A stretch of DNA of 64,000 nt, from the NCBI GenBank assembly GCA_010093605.1, contig MU004200.1, positions 62,001-126,000 of the forward strand, in the 5' to 3' direction. Origin of the DNA: Lophium mytilinum (Eukaryota). Positions 1 through 11,916 of the stretch are shown here, one piece after another (the first letter of the stretch is position 1; each line of letters starts with the position of its first letter). The position numbers and the translations under genes were made by a program. Below the pieces are notes generated by a model. That model did no database searches. It was not told the origin of the DNA and saw only the letters and a list, made by a program, of their open reading frames with translations.

Positions 1-789
1 GGTCGGCAATCAACTACTCGTTGGAACGGATGGCTTTCGAAATTCTAGTCCGCCGGGAATCTATACCTTAGACCCAGACACGTTGAAGTCCGGCGTATTG
101 CTCAACAATTACCGCGGACTGAGATTTAATACCATCGACGATCTTACAGTCGATCACTTTGGCAATATCTGGTTCGTTGATGCGCCGTAAGTTCATAAAG
201 ATAGTCCTTCACTTGTACGGCTCTTGCTGATATATCTGAAAGATTCGCATGGTTCGCAGAAGGCCTAAAACCCGGCCTCCACAAGGTGTTCGACAATGCC
301 CCGACCCTGCCTTCAGCCATCTACGTCTACAACATAACCTCCGGTACCATCGTGTGCGTAGACCAATCTATAGTCTGGCCGAACGGAATAGCCTTCTCTC
401 CAGACGGGAAGACCCTTTTTGTCTCAGACACCCCGTTCAACCTGCAGACCGAGTTCCGCGGCGTCTTCGCGTTTGACGTCACCTACCCTTATACTCTAAG
501 CAATAAGCGCATGGTATATCTACCAGACACAAACATCGTTGACGGTCTCAAGGTTAGCGAAGAAGGAAATCTGTTCGGTGCCGCGGGATCGACTATCGAT
601 GTCTTCACGCCACAGGGAGAGCTCCTCGGTAAGATCTCCGCGGGAGGTGAGGAGAAGAACTTGTATAATCTCGTCTTTTTGCCGAATGGGGAGATCATTC
701 TGTCGGGGATGATGGGTATTTGGCGGGTGAAGATCACGCAGCAGGGATTGATCAACTATGGCCAAGGTGCAGTACCTGCTGAGAAGTGA
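1..789 (+). CDS. SMP-30/gluconolactonase/LRE-family beta-propeller protein (5' end lies outside the window)
   Basis: Motifs FNTIDDL..D..GNIWF, WPNGIAFSPDGKTLFVSDT and DGLKVSEEGNLF. GT-AG intron at 187-242 restores the frame into ORF 286-789. Confidence 0.85.
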
Positions 790-1106
790 TGTGGCTAGCG
801 AGATTCAGCTGAAAGTTGATTAGTGAGGGTGCAGCCAGGACGGTTCAACCAGTGAAAGGGTACTAATTGTTTGAAGCCTTTCCGGCTAGCCGACAGAATG
901 CGACATGCTCTGTCCATACTTGTAGTGGAAATTTGATTGCTTAGTACATGAATACTACTTGAGTCAAACACTTAGAACTGCGCATGTAGGGTAAACCGCG
1001 ACAAGATACCGTTCGCTTTTCTAATCCTTCAATACAGTGATGCGCCACCAGCTTTCAATGAGTACAATAAAGTCAGCACTGCGCCCACACTCAAGCTAAA
1101 CCTAGT

Positions 1107-2119
1107 CTAATGGCCCGCACGACTCGGCTCAGACAACGGACCATCCTGTGGTCTAACAACGTGCACTGGCATACTCATCGGTACCCATATATATGACTGC
1201 GGCGCAGACCCGGAGTTGCTCTCTTGCATCATCGACCGAAACTGACCTGCGGGCCCTCATCAGCTGATGTAGCGCTACAGGAGAAGATGTAATACACTCA
1301 CTCGGATGCGCAAAGCAGCCCACCGGTATCATCAACATGCCCATAGCCATGGGATTGGGATACCCGTATGGACCACAAGCCTGCGAATTCGGAAACATAG
1401 ATTCCGGACGATCGTCTGGAGGAGAGCCGTTCATTTCAAGAGTATTGTATTGCCTTGAACACTCGATGGGTACAGGCATCGTGCATGAGTCCCCATGGGA
1501 CAAAGACACCGGAGCCGGTGCGACGATGCACATAGGATCAGGCACATTTGGGTCTAGGAAATCGGGTAGGGGGCTAAGAGAGTCGTGGGGGCTCCCGAAC
1601 GAACTCATAGTAGTCTGCATCTGCGGACCGCGATACCTATCGAAGGCAGTGCTATTGGCGGAGAGATCGAGAAAGTCGGCCATGATTTTGTAGGGCGCTA
1701 CATTATCTGCCATTCTTGAATACTCGGGTTGTGTTGGAGGTGTTCCAGCTCCCGGAAGTAATGGGTCGATATATGCAGGCGTGCTTGCGGATGGGTTGAT
1801 GGAATCAGATACTGCTGCTGTTGGTGGCCTGGACTGTGATTCGTCATTGGCTTTGTTGGCGTCGACCATAGCTTCCAGCTTCTCCAGTCTCGTGCGTATC
1901 TTGTTGCCTACCCTAACCATTAGGCCTATCCTTTCATAGGGGTGGTCGGGAATGAATATGCTACATACGGTAGTTCCGTTGCGAGATCCGGTTCTGGACG
2001 CGTCGTCGCTCGACCAGATTGGCCACTTCCGCCAGCTCTTCGCGGGGGTCTTGATACACTCGCCTGTCACTTCCAGCGCCGCGTCCACGCTTGAGTTGTC
2101 CTTGGAATTCCATGGCCAT
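1107..2119 (-). CDS. bZIP transcription factor, candidate pathway-specific regulator
   Basis: Read from ATG 2119: MAMEFQGQLKRGR...ERRRVQNRISQRNY, then a GTATGT..TAG intron, then RNKIRTRLEKLEAMVDANK. This gives a basic region plus zipper; the basic region is in a frame the ORF track misses. A second intron near 1275-1322 and stop 1107 are inferred. Confidence 0.8.
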
Positions 2120-3237
2120 GGTGAGTGGTCGGACGGAGAGATTATCGAGACAGGTGTGCGACTCGAATAGTGGTGGAAAACTTGTAGCTTTAACGATGGG
2201 GGGGTCTTGAGTACAAGATATATGTTTAAAAGACTGAAAGGAATATGGCAGCGGCAGGAAAAATTCTAAGGAGGCGAACTAGAACTCCACTCCTCGTTTA
2301 CAGACTGTTAAGTTCAGTTTCAAGGCTTGAATGGGACTCTATCCTCTCCCTGTTCGTGCATAGCTTTGAGCTGTAAGCCCCCTAAAGGAGCGCCTTTGCT
2401 CTGGTTTCCCGCAAGTACGTAAGCTCTCGTTCTTCGTCAAAGAAATATGGTTAGCCTTCTCTCCTTCAACGCTACACAGGCTCATGGCTAGTTCACCCCC
2501 CCTTGGCGCCCTACCCGTCGTGACTAATTCCCATCATATATCATGTAGAAGGACTGAGTGGTGGATTTAACACAGCCTTTCACCCGTGCTATTCACGGTA
2601 GTCACCAAGTTGTTTCGTTCGGTAACGATCTGTAAGATTTCGAAGGCTGAGCCTCGGAGGCGAGCCGTCATCGGAAATCAGACGTGCGGCCTGAGTATGT
2701 CATTGGCTTCTGTGAATGAATGATACGGGAAGAGCTGAGATGTAGCACATGCTAGCGTAGTAGTCTTTCACGCAGTACCATGGAAATAGTAGATCTGGAT
2801 GAACGTCATGCGAAAGAGTGGGGATACTAAGCGCGGGGATTCCGTCTCGTTGGATCGAGTCGGATTTCGCAAGCCATAGGCAATGTCGCACTTGCGCACA
2901 TCAACATCCTTTTTGAGATCGAAGTCCGGGTCGAGTCTGCCGAGGTGCTTATTGCTCGTATTTTGGCGTATGTAGGCAGTGGTGCTTTCCATTGAATATG
3001 CTAGGCGGATGTGTTCTTTGTTCAAGACGGTTACACCAACCCCTGTGATGGGAGGATTCGTTCCGCGAAAACTCAGGCTTGACCGACCGGCTTTCTAGCA
3101 TCGACGCTGTTCCTGATAGTAGTTTCTGGCGTGCAGACCGGCGGTCAAGCTGTGGTATTTCTGTGTGTCTAGATCTTTGTCTAGCATGTCGAAACCCTTT
3201 CTCTTCTGCGTAATCTGTCTCAGAACATTCGAAGGAC

Positions 3238-5191
3238 TCACTCGCAGCATTCATCGTCCTTTGTCTGCAACGATATCCCCTCCTCTCCCTCCACCATGTC
3301 CTCACCTCCCGCCTTAGCATCTGTTTGCAGTAAGAACGTCAGCACCCCCGCCACTCCAAACATGACCGCGATTCCCCAAAACACAAGCTGTGGCATACTC
3401 CCCACACTCCACGAGTATACTAGAGTGCCGACCGTCGGCGCCACTATCCTCGCCAACGCTTGCAACAGCCCCAACGCTCCGAGCAGCTCTCCAGTCAAAG
3501 ACGCGGGCAGCAATTTCGTCATCGCAGCCTCCGCAGTAGCCAGCCCAATCGCCCCGAGCGCAGCAACCGCACCGGATGCTGTGAAGAGGAAGGGGGTACG
3601 AGAAAGAGCGTAACCGAGGAAGCCGACCAGGTCGGAGAAGATGGAAGCGCGCAGGAGGGAGACGTCTAATCTATCGATTCCTACACCATTCCAAGAGTGT
3701 TGCAAGTGAGAGCCGTGGGGATCATGCATATGCATGCTGTTGTGGCTAGAGTGCTAGCCTGAGCCTGGATGAAAGTGTCGCGCGGCTTTTATGACTAGAG
3801 GGAGAACGAGTACGGTGGCGAGGGTGCGGAAGATGTTGACTGTGGACAGGAAGATGCCGCTTTCGTGGTTGCCCCACCCGAATCGAAACTCAGAGTATAG
3901 CATCATTATGTTCATAGCGCCCATCATGGCCCCGAACATGATGGTGTTGATGGATGCTAGGGCGATGAGGTTGCGTGATGTGCTTTTGGACACAAGAGGG
4001 TGGGTTGGTCTCAGAACTTGCAGCAGGCGGAGCGGATTGACACGCTTGGCCTTCTCAGTCCATGATCCACGAGACGGCCGGGCTAGATATTCTTTGAGAT
4101 GTGTCAGTGAAGACGTGGTGCCAGCTTTGGAAAGGTTAAGGCTCTCAGGGACTAAAGCGAGGAAGAGGATGGCAAATGCTCGCATGGCCTGGTAGATGGT
4201 TGCTTAGCATCGCTTGATCAAGTTTTGGGTCATAGACTTACGAGGCCAGTGTAGAAGATCACGAGTGGCCGGCTCTTGCCACCACTCATCCCGATCAGAC
4301 CCCCAAAAGCCGGCCCTACAGCCATTCCAAAAAACATACTCCCATGGAACCATCCCAGAGCGACATTACGGTCTTCCGCTTGCGTGCAGTCAGCTGCGTA
4401 AGCGGAAGCCAGCGCCATGACGAGGATGAATGAGCCACTGGAGAGGAGGTCAGCATATGCAAGCCCACTGCGGCTGTTGCTGGACTATTTACGAACCTAA
4501 GCCCTTCCAGGACGAATGTGAGATAGACCCAATTCAGTGACAAAGAATCCGGTAGCGTAGCCAGCAATACCATGACTACCTCCGACACCAGGATCAACGT
4601 GCCTGAAGCTGCCAGCGGCTTCACGCGGCCGTAGTGGTCGCTCAGTTTCCCCCAGAAAGGCAACGTGATAGCGCCCAGGACACCGGCGATCAGGTTTCCC
4701 CAGAGATTCAGCATGGCCGCTGCGGACTCGACTTCTGGGACTGAACATTGGGGGTTGTAGTCCCCGACTATGACGGCTGAGGAGGTTTGGTTGCTAGGTG
4801 CACCCCCCACGTCCATATCTGCATGGCGACGCGCACCCTGCATGGGGTCATGAGACGCAGGCGTGTTCTCAGTTACGATGTTACGGCAGATGAGCGAGAT
4901 CAGAACATTCATTCTTGGCATTGACGTTGCGCCCATGGCGATGCTGAGGAGCAGAAATGTGGGCAAGAGCCAGAAGACCTGTCAGGGTCAGGAGGCGTGA
5001 TCAGTTTCAACTCTGGGAAAACACACGGAAGGTCTTCGTAACCAATGCTTCTGTGTTAAGGGTGGACTCGAATAGGTTCTTTCTGCAGTAGAAGGGGTGA
5101 ATTCTAGGCTGCCATGTCCGTTCGCTTCCCCTGAGTCTGCCTCATCTCCGTCTGCGACTCTTTGGTAGGTGTATGGGGTAGGCATGGCCAT
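3238..5191 (-). CDS. MFS transporter (12-TM, fungal tetracycline-efflux-like type) with an in-frame TAG at 3754-3756; possibly a pseudogene
   Basis: WGKLSDHYGR motif A-like sequence, many TM segments and three canonical introns. ORFs 3754-4185 and 3238-3735 are in the same frame, separated by a single TAG. Confidence 0.8.
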
Positions 5192-6070
5192 GTAACCCGT
5201 ATCTGACGTCTCAAGAAAAGTACAGTAGAAGAAAGTTGACGTGCGAGAAAGGGTGGTGGGTAGAAATGAAGCGTGCGTAAGCTTATGTGACTGGGTGGAC
5301 CTCAGCCCTGCGCTCTGGATAAGGGCTAGCGGACCGTGCCGCATCCATTTCAGCTGTCCGTGCCCTAAAAATGCTCAATATTGCTCAGGGAGGTCGAGAT
5401 GTTATGCTGTGGGAACACACCCAAGCAGTAATAAGCATACGTACATTCAAGCTGACAAAATGTGCTATCCTTTTCACGAGTTGCGTGCCGTGAAAACGAC
5501 ATCTGCGAATATCTCAGCATGACACTTGCGCCCGATGCCTTCAAGAGGAAGGTCTTGGAGATTCGGCTTTAAGCGAAGTGTGGAGCACCGAGCCTTTCGA
5601 TCTGTGAAGGCACAAAGGCGTTGTGGCGTCAGGGGTGTCAGGGGGCGTCTTTTTTCGTCCGGCTAAAACGACGCTAGATCAGCCTAAGCGAGATCCTGCA
5701 CGTGACGTCAAGAAGGTTACAAATTTCTCGAGGTAATAAGTACGCTCTCTGACCTTCATCCGCTATTCGCAACTATTCAGGCGCACCAATGGATCTTATT
5801 CCGCACCAAAGAGCGCGAGGAGAGAAACGGTAGACTAACAATATGCGGATTGCTACTGCTGCAGTGACAGCTGCATTAAAGTAAAGCAGCTAAGAGAAAA
5901 TAATACCATCGTCGCATTTCGCGAATATCAAGAAACCCCCCGAATCCAAGTTCGATCCAGAACAAGACGCACTCGCACGCAGTTGACAGCAATCTCACAA
6001 ATCTCTATCCCATCTCCCCTTCTTTTTCTCTTTCAGCACCCTTCAAAACCTTCGACAGCCCCCCAGCCAC

Positions 6071-8422
6071 CTAATCAAAATGGATCCGCCACATCTCCCG
6101 CTTGCAGCTGTCGCCCGCATACGCCGTGCGCGTATGCAGCATTGCCGTATTATCACTGACCAGAATATCGCCCTGCTCCCACTCGAATCGCAGCGTCACG
6201 CGGCGGTCATACAGCAGCGCATTCACCACGTCGCTGATCTTTTGCGAGTCGTTCTCGATAGTTATTGCGCACGCAGAGAATTTCGTGTTACTTGCAGGCC
6301 ACGGCTCATGCCAGCGTACGCACGGCGTGCCGTGGACGGGGTGGCGGACGACGAGGGGTAGGTTTGAGAGGTTGCTGTCCCAGAAGCCGTCGGTGACCAT
6401 GCGCCAGCGGACGGCTTCGAGGCGGGCGAGGGTGTAGGGGGGCGGGAGGTGCTTGAAGAAGAGGCGTGAGGAGGCGAAGAGGGTGTGTCCGGTGCCTTTT
6501 GGGGCGGTTGCGATGCAGGTGAAGTATTGGAATCTGAAACGAATGAGCCGTCTGTGGAGTGTAGATGGGTATAGGAGTGAGAAACAGAAAGCTAGTTAAC
6601 ACTCACTTAGGTGGCTTCTGCACTTTGATTTCCTTCCCATCTGCGTCAAGCATATCGTTCCCGTTCCCGTCTTTCTGCGTCACAAACTTGAAGACACCGT
6701 CGTAATGCATGGCCAACGCCTCGGAGCTGGTAACGTTGTTTCCCAGCTTGTCCTTGCGCCCGCTGTCCTTGACCTCTTGCAGAATCCCAAACGTCCACGG
6801 CTGTACCTCCCCCAGCTCGTGGGCACGGCTTATGAAGAGCTCGCGATTCGTCGTCTCCGCAAAGCCACGCAGCACCACTAGGGCCTGCATTTCCGCCAGT
6901 CTTCTTATTTTCTTGGCGTCGACATCGCGGAATGATGGTTTTGCGCCAGAAGCGTCCGGGATCCCGTGGATGATTAGTCCGCAGGGGTAAAGATACTCGA
7001 ACTTCACGTTCGTCGTGCCGAAGTCGTATAGACGCGACTTCTCGCGGTAGTAATAAGGACGTCTGTCTCGATACATTAGTTCGTGCGTGTCGCGGACTTC
7101 GTCGGCGTGTACAGTGCGAAAAGACCCATCTAGGCCAACGGCGATGCTAGAGTGCCACGGCGTCATGATCTGACCCCCATCTGGCGGAGGGATGAGGGGA
7201 ATCGTGAGCTTGGTTTCACCGATGGAGGGATGGATGGAAAGGCGAACGTGGTTGGCGCACTTGGAGGAAATGGCAGCAGCAAAAGCCTGCGACGAGTATC
7301 AGTCGCGCATTGATGAAGGAGATGAACGAAGGGGCAATATTAGCATTTTGGGTTGGAACGAGGACTTACCTTGCCACGAAAAATCATCTTCAACGCCAAC
7401 TCCTCAATCGCTCTCTTGAACCGCTTGTTCGGGCTCTTTTCATCCACCATCAACTTCGCTAGCCTGCTGTTCGCTAGATCCTTGGTCAAGAACTTGATGT
7501 ACCCCTTGTATGTCATGCATATATCCTTATCGCTTTTCACAGCGTCTCTGCTATTAAAATCGACCGGCCCGAACTTCGCCATCAGTTCTCGACGGTAGCA
7601 ACCAGCATGCGCCAGATACTCCTCTCTCGTGAGATCCGCATTAGTATCCTCGTGTGTTCCCAGAATGTCAACCACACGAAGAGTGGTGAGGTGAGTCAGA
7701 TTCTTCGCCTTGATGATATCGCGCACCGCAGCCGAGTACTCCCAAACAACACTGTCCTCAACGCCCATGAGATCATTGTATACGAGCCCGTCGGACGTGA
7801 TGGCCACAGTCGCCCCGTGCTCATATACCTCCCGGATGCTCTCACACAGCCCGTTCAGGTGCATCAGCGCTAGCTCTTCTCCTAGATCTGGAAGCGAGCC
7901 TAGGACCTTGTCGACACGGTTCGGGCTTTTAAATGGGAATGCGGGCAGCACCATTCGTACCGGCTCGTTGTTCTTGACATACTTCTCGACGAAGGGGAGG
8001 AATTTTGCTTTGCCCGCCCATGGGATCTCGGAGGAATTACTGTTTTGGCCATACTGCTGGATGATTTCGAGAATGCGGAGCGCGAGCTTGGCGGAGGGGC
8101 TGTCGAGGTCCAAGGTAATGGTAGCCTCGGCGAGAGAAGGGGTGCCAGGCGCGCTAATGTTGGGTGTGGGGAGAAGACCTATGCTTTTGAAACTAGGCGC
8201 AGAAGGAACGTGGTCGATGGTAGCTTTGTGGATGCTCATCAGCGTCTGATTTTGGGATGAGACGAGTGGCGACGGCGGGCTAGGAGAGAAACGAGGCGAA
8301 GGGCTGAGGTGTTGGAGATGAAGGGAGAGGGCATCGACGCGCTGCTCGAGAGGAGAGAAGCGAAGCTCTTCTGTTGTTGGATATGGCTGAGAAGCGTCAA
8401 GTTGGGGGATGGTGACTGCCAT
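6071..8422 (-). CDS. Isocyanide synthase (DIT1/PvcA domain) fused to a TauD/PvcB-like Fe(II)/2-oxoglutarate dioxygenase; XanB-type architecture, about 731 aa
   Basis: PvcA motifs LPAFPFKSPN, LGSLPDLGEELAL, SDGLVYNDL, RLSIH and TPWH. TauD motifs HYD, WEQGDILVSDN..MLHTR and RIH. Introns at 7287-7369 and 6534-6606 join three exons in frame. Confidence 0.92.
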
Positions 8423-9343
8423 TGCTATGTGTGCTACGTGACGGTGGTTTCTTGATTAAGAAGGACTAGAAGTGAGAGCTGCGGTCAAATTGCAACTTTT
8501 TAAACTCTCGTTGAGGCTAGAGTAGGAAAGACTGTCGAAAAGATACGATGAAAGAGAGCCTTGCAGTGTTTAGTGTCGGAGCAGATGGGGAGGGAAAGGT
8601 AATAAATACCGTAGATTCTAGTACTAAAAGCCTTAGGTAGCGTACCTCACCTACCTCACGATCTGACCCTTGCATGACTGTACACGACACTATGCTTCTT
8701 TGCGGGCCTACTCTTTTATCTGAATTGGTTGATTACCTGACGTTACCTGACGACCTCTCTGGCCGGGCCGTGCTACTCACGGTGCACTAGCGCCTATTTG
8801 TCCATGTAGTAAGATGATCTTAGCTATGCTCTTATGACGAAATTACAAGTCGCTTCCTCTCTTCCTTTCACACCTTAGGAAAACAAGATCCCTTACAGGC
8901 GACATGAGAAGCTAAATTTGGTGAGACAAGAAAGGTAATGTGATGGTTGAGCACGCAATGGATTAGACTCCATGACAGCTTAGTGCGAAGCCTAGATGAT
9001 CACTGAGTGTAGCTCTTCCATTTACACTTCCTCTCTTACATAATTAATACTTATGTTTCATCCCTTTACGTTGTTGCGAATGACCGAGGACGACATTAAT
9101 ATCGACCAGAAAGAAGAAGGGAGCAATGAGAGATGGTAGACTAAGAATACCATTGAAGCAAAGCGCCACGCTAATAATGCGACTTTTGTTACTGATATGG
9201 ATTCTGACGAAGCGCTGAAGCAGAAATATGAACATCTGGAGATATCTGTACAGTATGAGCAACCTACATCACCTACCCATCACCCACCCCCTTTTTCACA
9301 CCACCTCACACCATCTCACCAACTTCAAGCTCAACGCTCACGC

Positions 9344-9936
9344 TCAAACAACCATCATAACCCCAGCACCGACCAACCCCGCGGCACCCCACGCCCCCAA
9401 CCTCGCCGCGGCGCCCGTATTCGTCGCAACCGCCGCAGCTGCCGTCCCCGTCGCCTTACCCGTCGTCTTCGTCGTCCCAGTCGCCGCCGCACCAGTCGCC
9501 GTCGCACCAGTCGCCGTAGCGATGCCACCCGTCAGGCTGGACAGCAGGCCGTCGAGCGAGGACTGGACCTGGTCGATGGACTTGAAGGGGAAGGCTGGTG
9601 CGGTGCCTGAAAATCACCTGTTAGCCCAGTTCCTCACATGTCTTTGATTGCTGGCTGCAGCGTGAAATGCGTACCTCCCAAGAGACTCTGGCTCGGGTCC
9701 TTGCATACGGGCACGTTTTGCAGCGTGGTGCAGGTGTCGCCCTCGGAGCAGCACCAGCCGTTGTTGCAATCGACGTAGTTTTCGCCGCAGAGGAGGGTGG
9801 GGTCGACATCGATGCGGGGGAGAAGGGCGTTGGATCGCTCCGGGGAGTGGACGCGGCGGTATTGGCGCGCGGGACGGTCGGCGAGGGCGGTGGTGGTAAT
9901 GGCGAGGAGGGTGAGGAGTGGAGTTGAGAAATGCAT
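9344..9936 (-). CDS. Small secreted Cys-rich protein with a Thr/Ala-rich stalk and a probable GPI signal
   Basis: Signal peptide MHFSTPLLTLLAITTTALA; 6-Cys module C-x6-C-x4-CC-x5-C-x8-C; one intron (about 9608-9673); TGAT-rich stalk; hydrophobic C-terminus ARLGAWGAAGLVGAGVMMVV. Confidence 0.75.
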
Positions 9937-11916
9937 GTTGTAGGTAATATGAGTTAGGAGGGTGATAGGTAAACGGATCCGGTTGGAGAGTATTGATATG
10001 TTTGTTTTAAAGAGTGTTGAGATTTGAGTGAGTGGACGAACGAATGGAAGGACCGAATGAATCAAGCAATGAATGTGTGAGTGCAGAAACGGTGAACTAT
10101 AGCCTGAAAGGCGTGTAAAGGACGGAGGGTGTATGTATATGAGAGGTGTATGAAGGGGAAATGCGTCAGACTTAGATGTCGCGCGCAAACCTCAAACATG
10201 GGCGGCCCACGACGGTATCAAATAGAGCTCGAATCCTTTCAGCCCACCGTTCCGCATCCTTCCTGCCTAAAGTAGCACTCGGTTGCACCAGCTGGGGGCG
10301 TGAGTCGTAGTATGGCCGTGTTCATGTCAGCGAACGGGAAAATCCTTCGTGAAGTCGTCCCGCGGTGTCGTCAAGTCTGACGCTCGACCGCCCTGACGGC
10401 CCTGGCAGGCACATCTCTAATTAAACTCAAGTGCTAAGCTCTTTAAGCCCCCTGTTTCAGCTTGGCGCGCTGCCTAAGATGGGATAGCGTTATGCAAGGG
10501 GCATGTTTGGGTCGTTGTGAGAGGTGGAAGCGACCCGCCATTGCATCGGGGGCTGAAGCGTGCACGGATGACGACCTGTGTCCCGGAGTGGCCGGAGAGT
10601 ACATAAGGAACGGGAAGGTCTGCTGTTGGCTGATTGTTGATGGCTGATGATGAGACGCAGCGGTTCGGCTTGCCGTGTGAGGATTCGGCTGGCGTTTCAT
10701 AGATTATGGGGATGGTAGCCGGGCGAGTTCTCTCTGCTACATCCCGCACTTTCGCCCCCAGATCATTATGTTGTGAGAACTCAGCTCATCCAAATCTGAG
10801 ACGAACACAATAAGCCCGGAAACGAAAAGGCTATCAAGCTCCCGCTCGGTATTCGCCTCTCTCCTCATCGACGGAGTGGGTCTAGAGATCATCTTTATTC
10901 AGTGTGTTCAAGCTACATGTAGAGTGATTATTTACCAGAAGATACATCCAGAGTATGAGAATGTTGTGCCTCGGGTTTTAAGTTTTCTGTGCAACTCGTA
11001 CACCCGCGGCACTACTTTAGTACTTTAGAGCCAGGGAGCCCTCTACTAAATGTCAGGATTCTTAGGCATATACGACGTAAAAGATTTTATGCCCTGGTCG
11101 ATCACCAACTAGCATGCCTTCACACATTAAGCAAACATGTAGTATCAGGTGTATAAAGATTCTTTCTTCTGGGATGAAGTATAGGGAGCACGTGTGTCAG
11201 GGAGTAGCGGTGAGGGCGGGCTACGGCAGGCACGTGTTACCTCTTGTATATAGCCTCACCTTCCTCCAGACCTCTCTCTCTCCTACACTCATCAATCATT
11301 CATCCAATACATCACGTACACGGCCTACAGCTCCTTGTTCCGTGACAACGTGGCCATATCTTTCGCCCTCCCAGCCTACTCACATTCCACCCTCAGGATT
11401 CAATTACACTGTGAGAGACGGAAATTTGACATTGTCCGCACAGCATGTGGCTAGTCCTTCTCATAGAGCTACGAAGATTTCACAGACTTTTTGAGGCAGA
11501 TCACTGCTCGGCAATCACATCAGTCCATCAATGCATTTCGTTAACTTGATTGACTTCATCTTGGAGGAAACACTGTGTATTCACCTAGGGAATATATCTA
11601 TACATGCACCTCCACGTTGTCGCCGCAAAACTTTCATAGATCTAGCCCTTCAGGCGCAACCTTGACTACCACCCCAGAAGATAGCCTTCCGCATATGGCG
11701 GTTTCCACGGATACCGATAAGAACATTCGGTCGCGAAGTGTGGCCGGCTTGACTGGTTCATCAGCAATCTGTCTGACTATCTTGTGCTAAGGGTCTTGGA
11801 GTTTGCAAAGGAGAGTGGGGTTATGGACGTTGATGCTATGACAGGGCCGTTGTGCAATGGAGTGTCAAGGAGACAGAGGAAGCAGGGAGCAGAATAGTGT
11901 TGTTGTCTCATTATTC

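Noticed and set aside
1071..1078. AGTCAGCA, an AP-1-like site
   Set aside because: It lies between convergent 3' ends rather than in a promoter, and a single 8-mer is expected by chance.
1153..2088. 311-aa ORF taken as the whole bZIP gene
   Set aside because: It reads through introns and starts in the wrong frame; the basic region is in another frame starting at ATG 2119.
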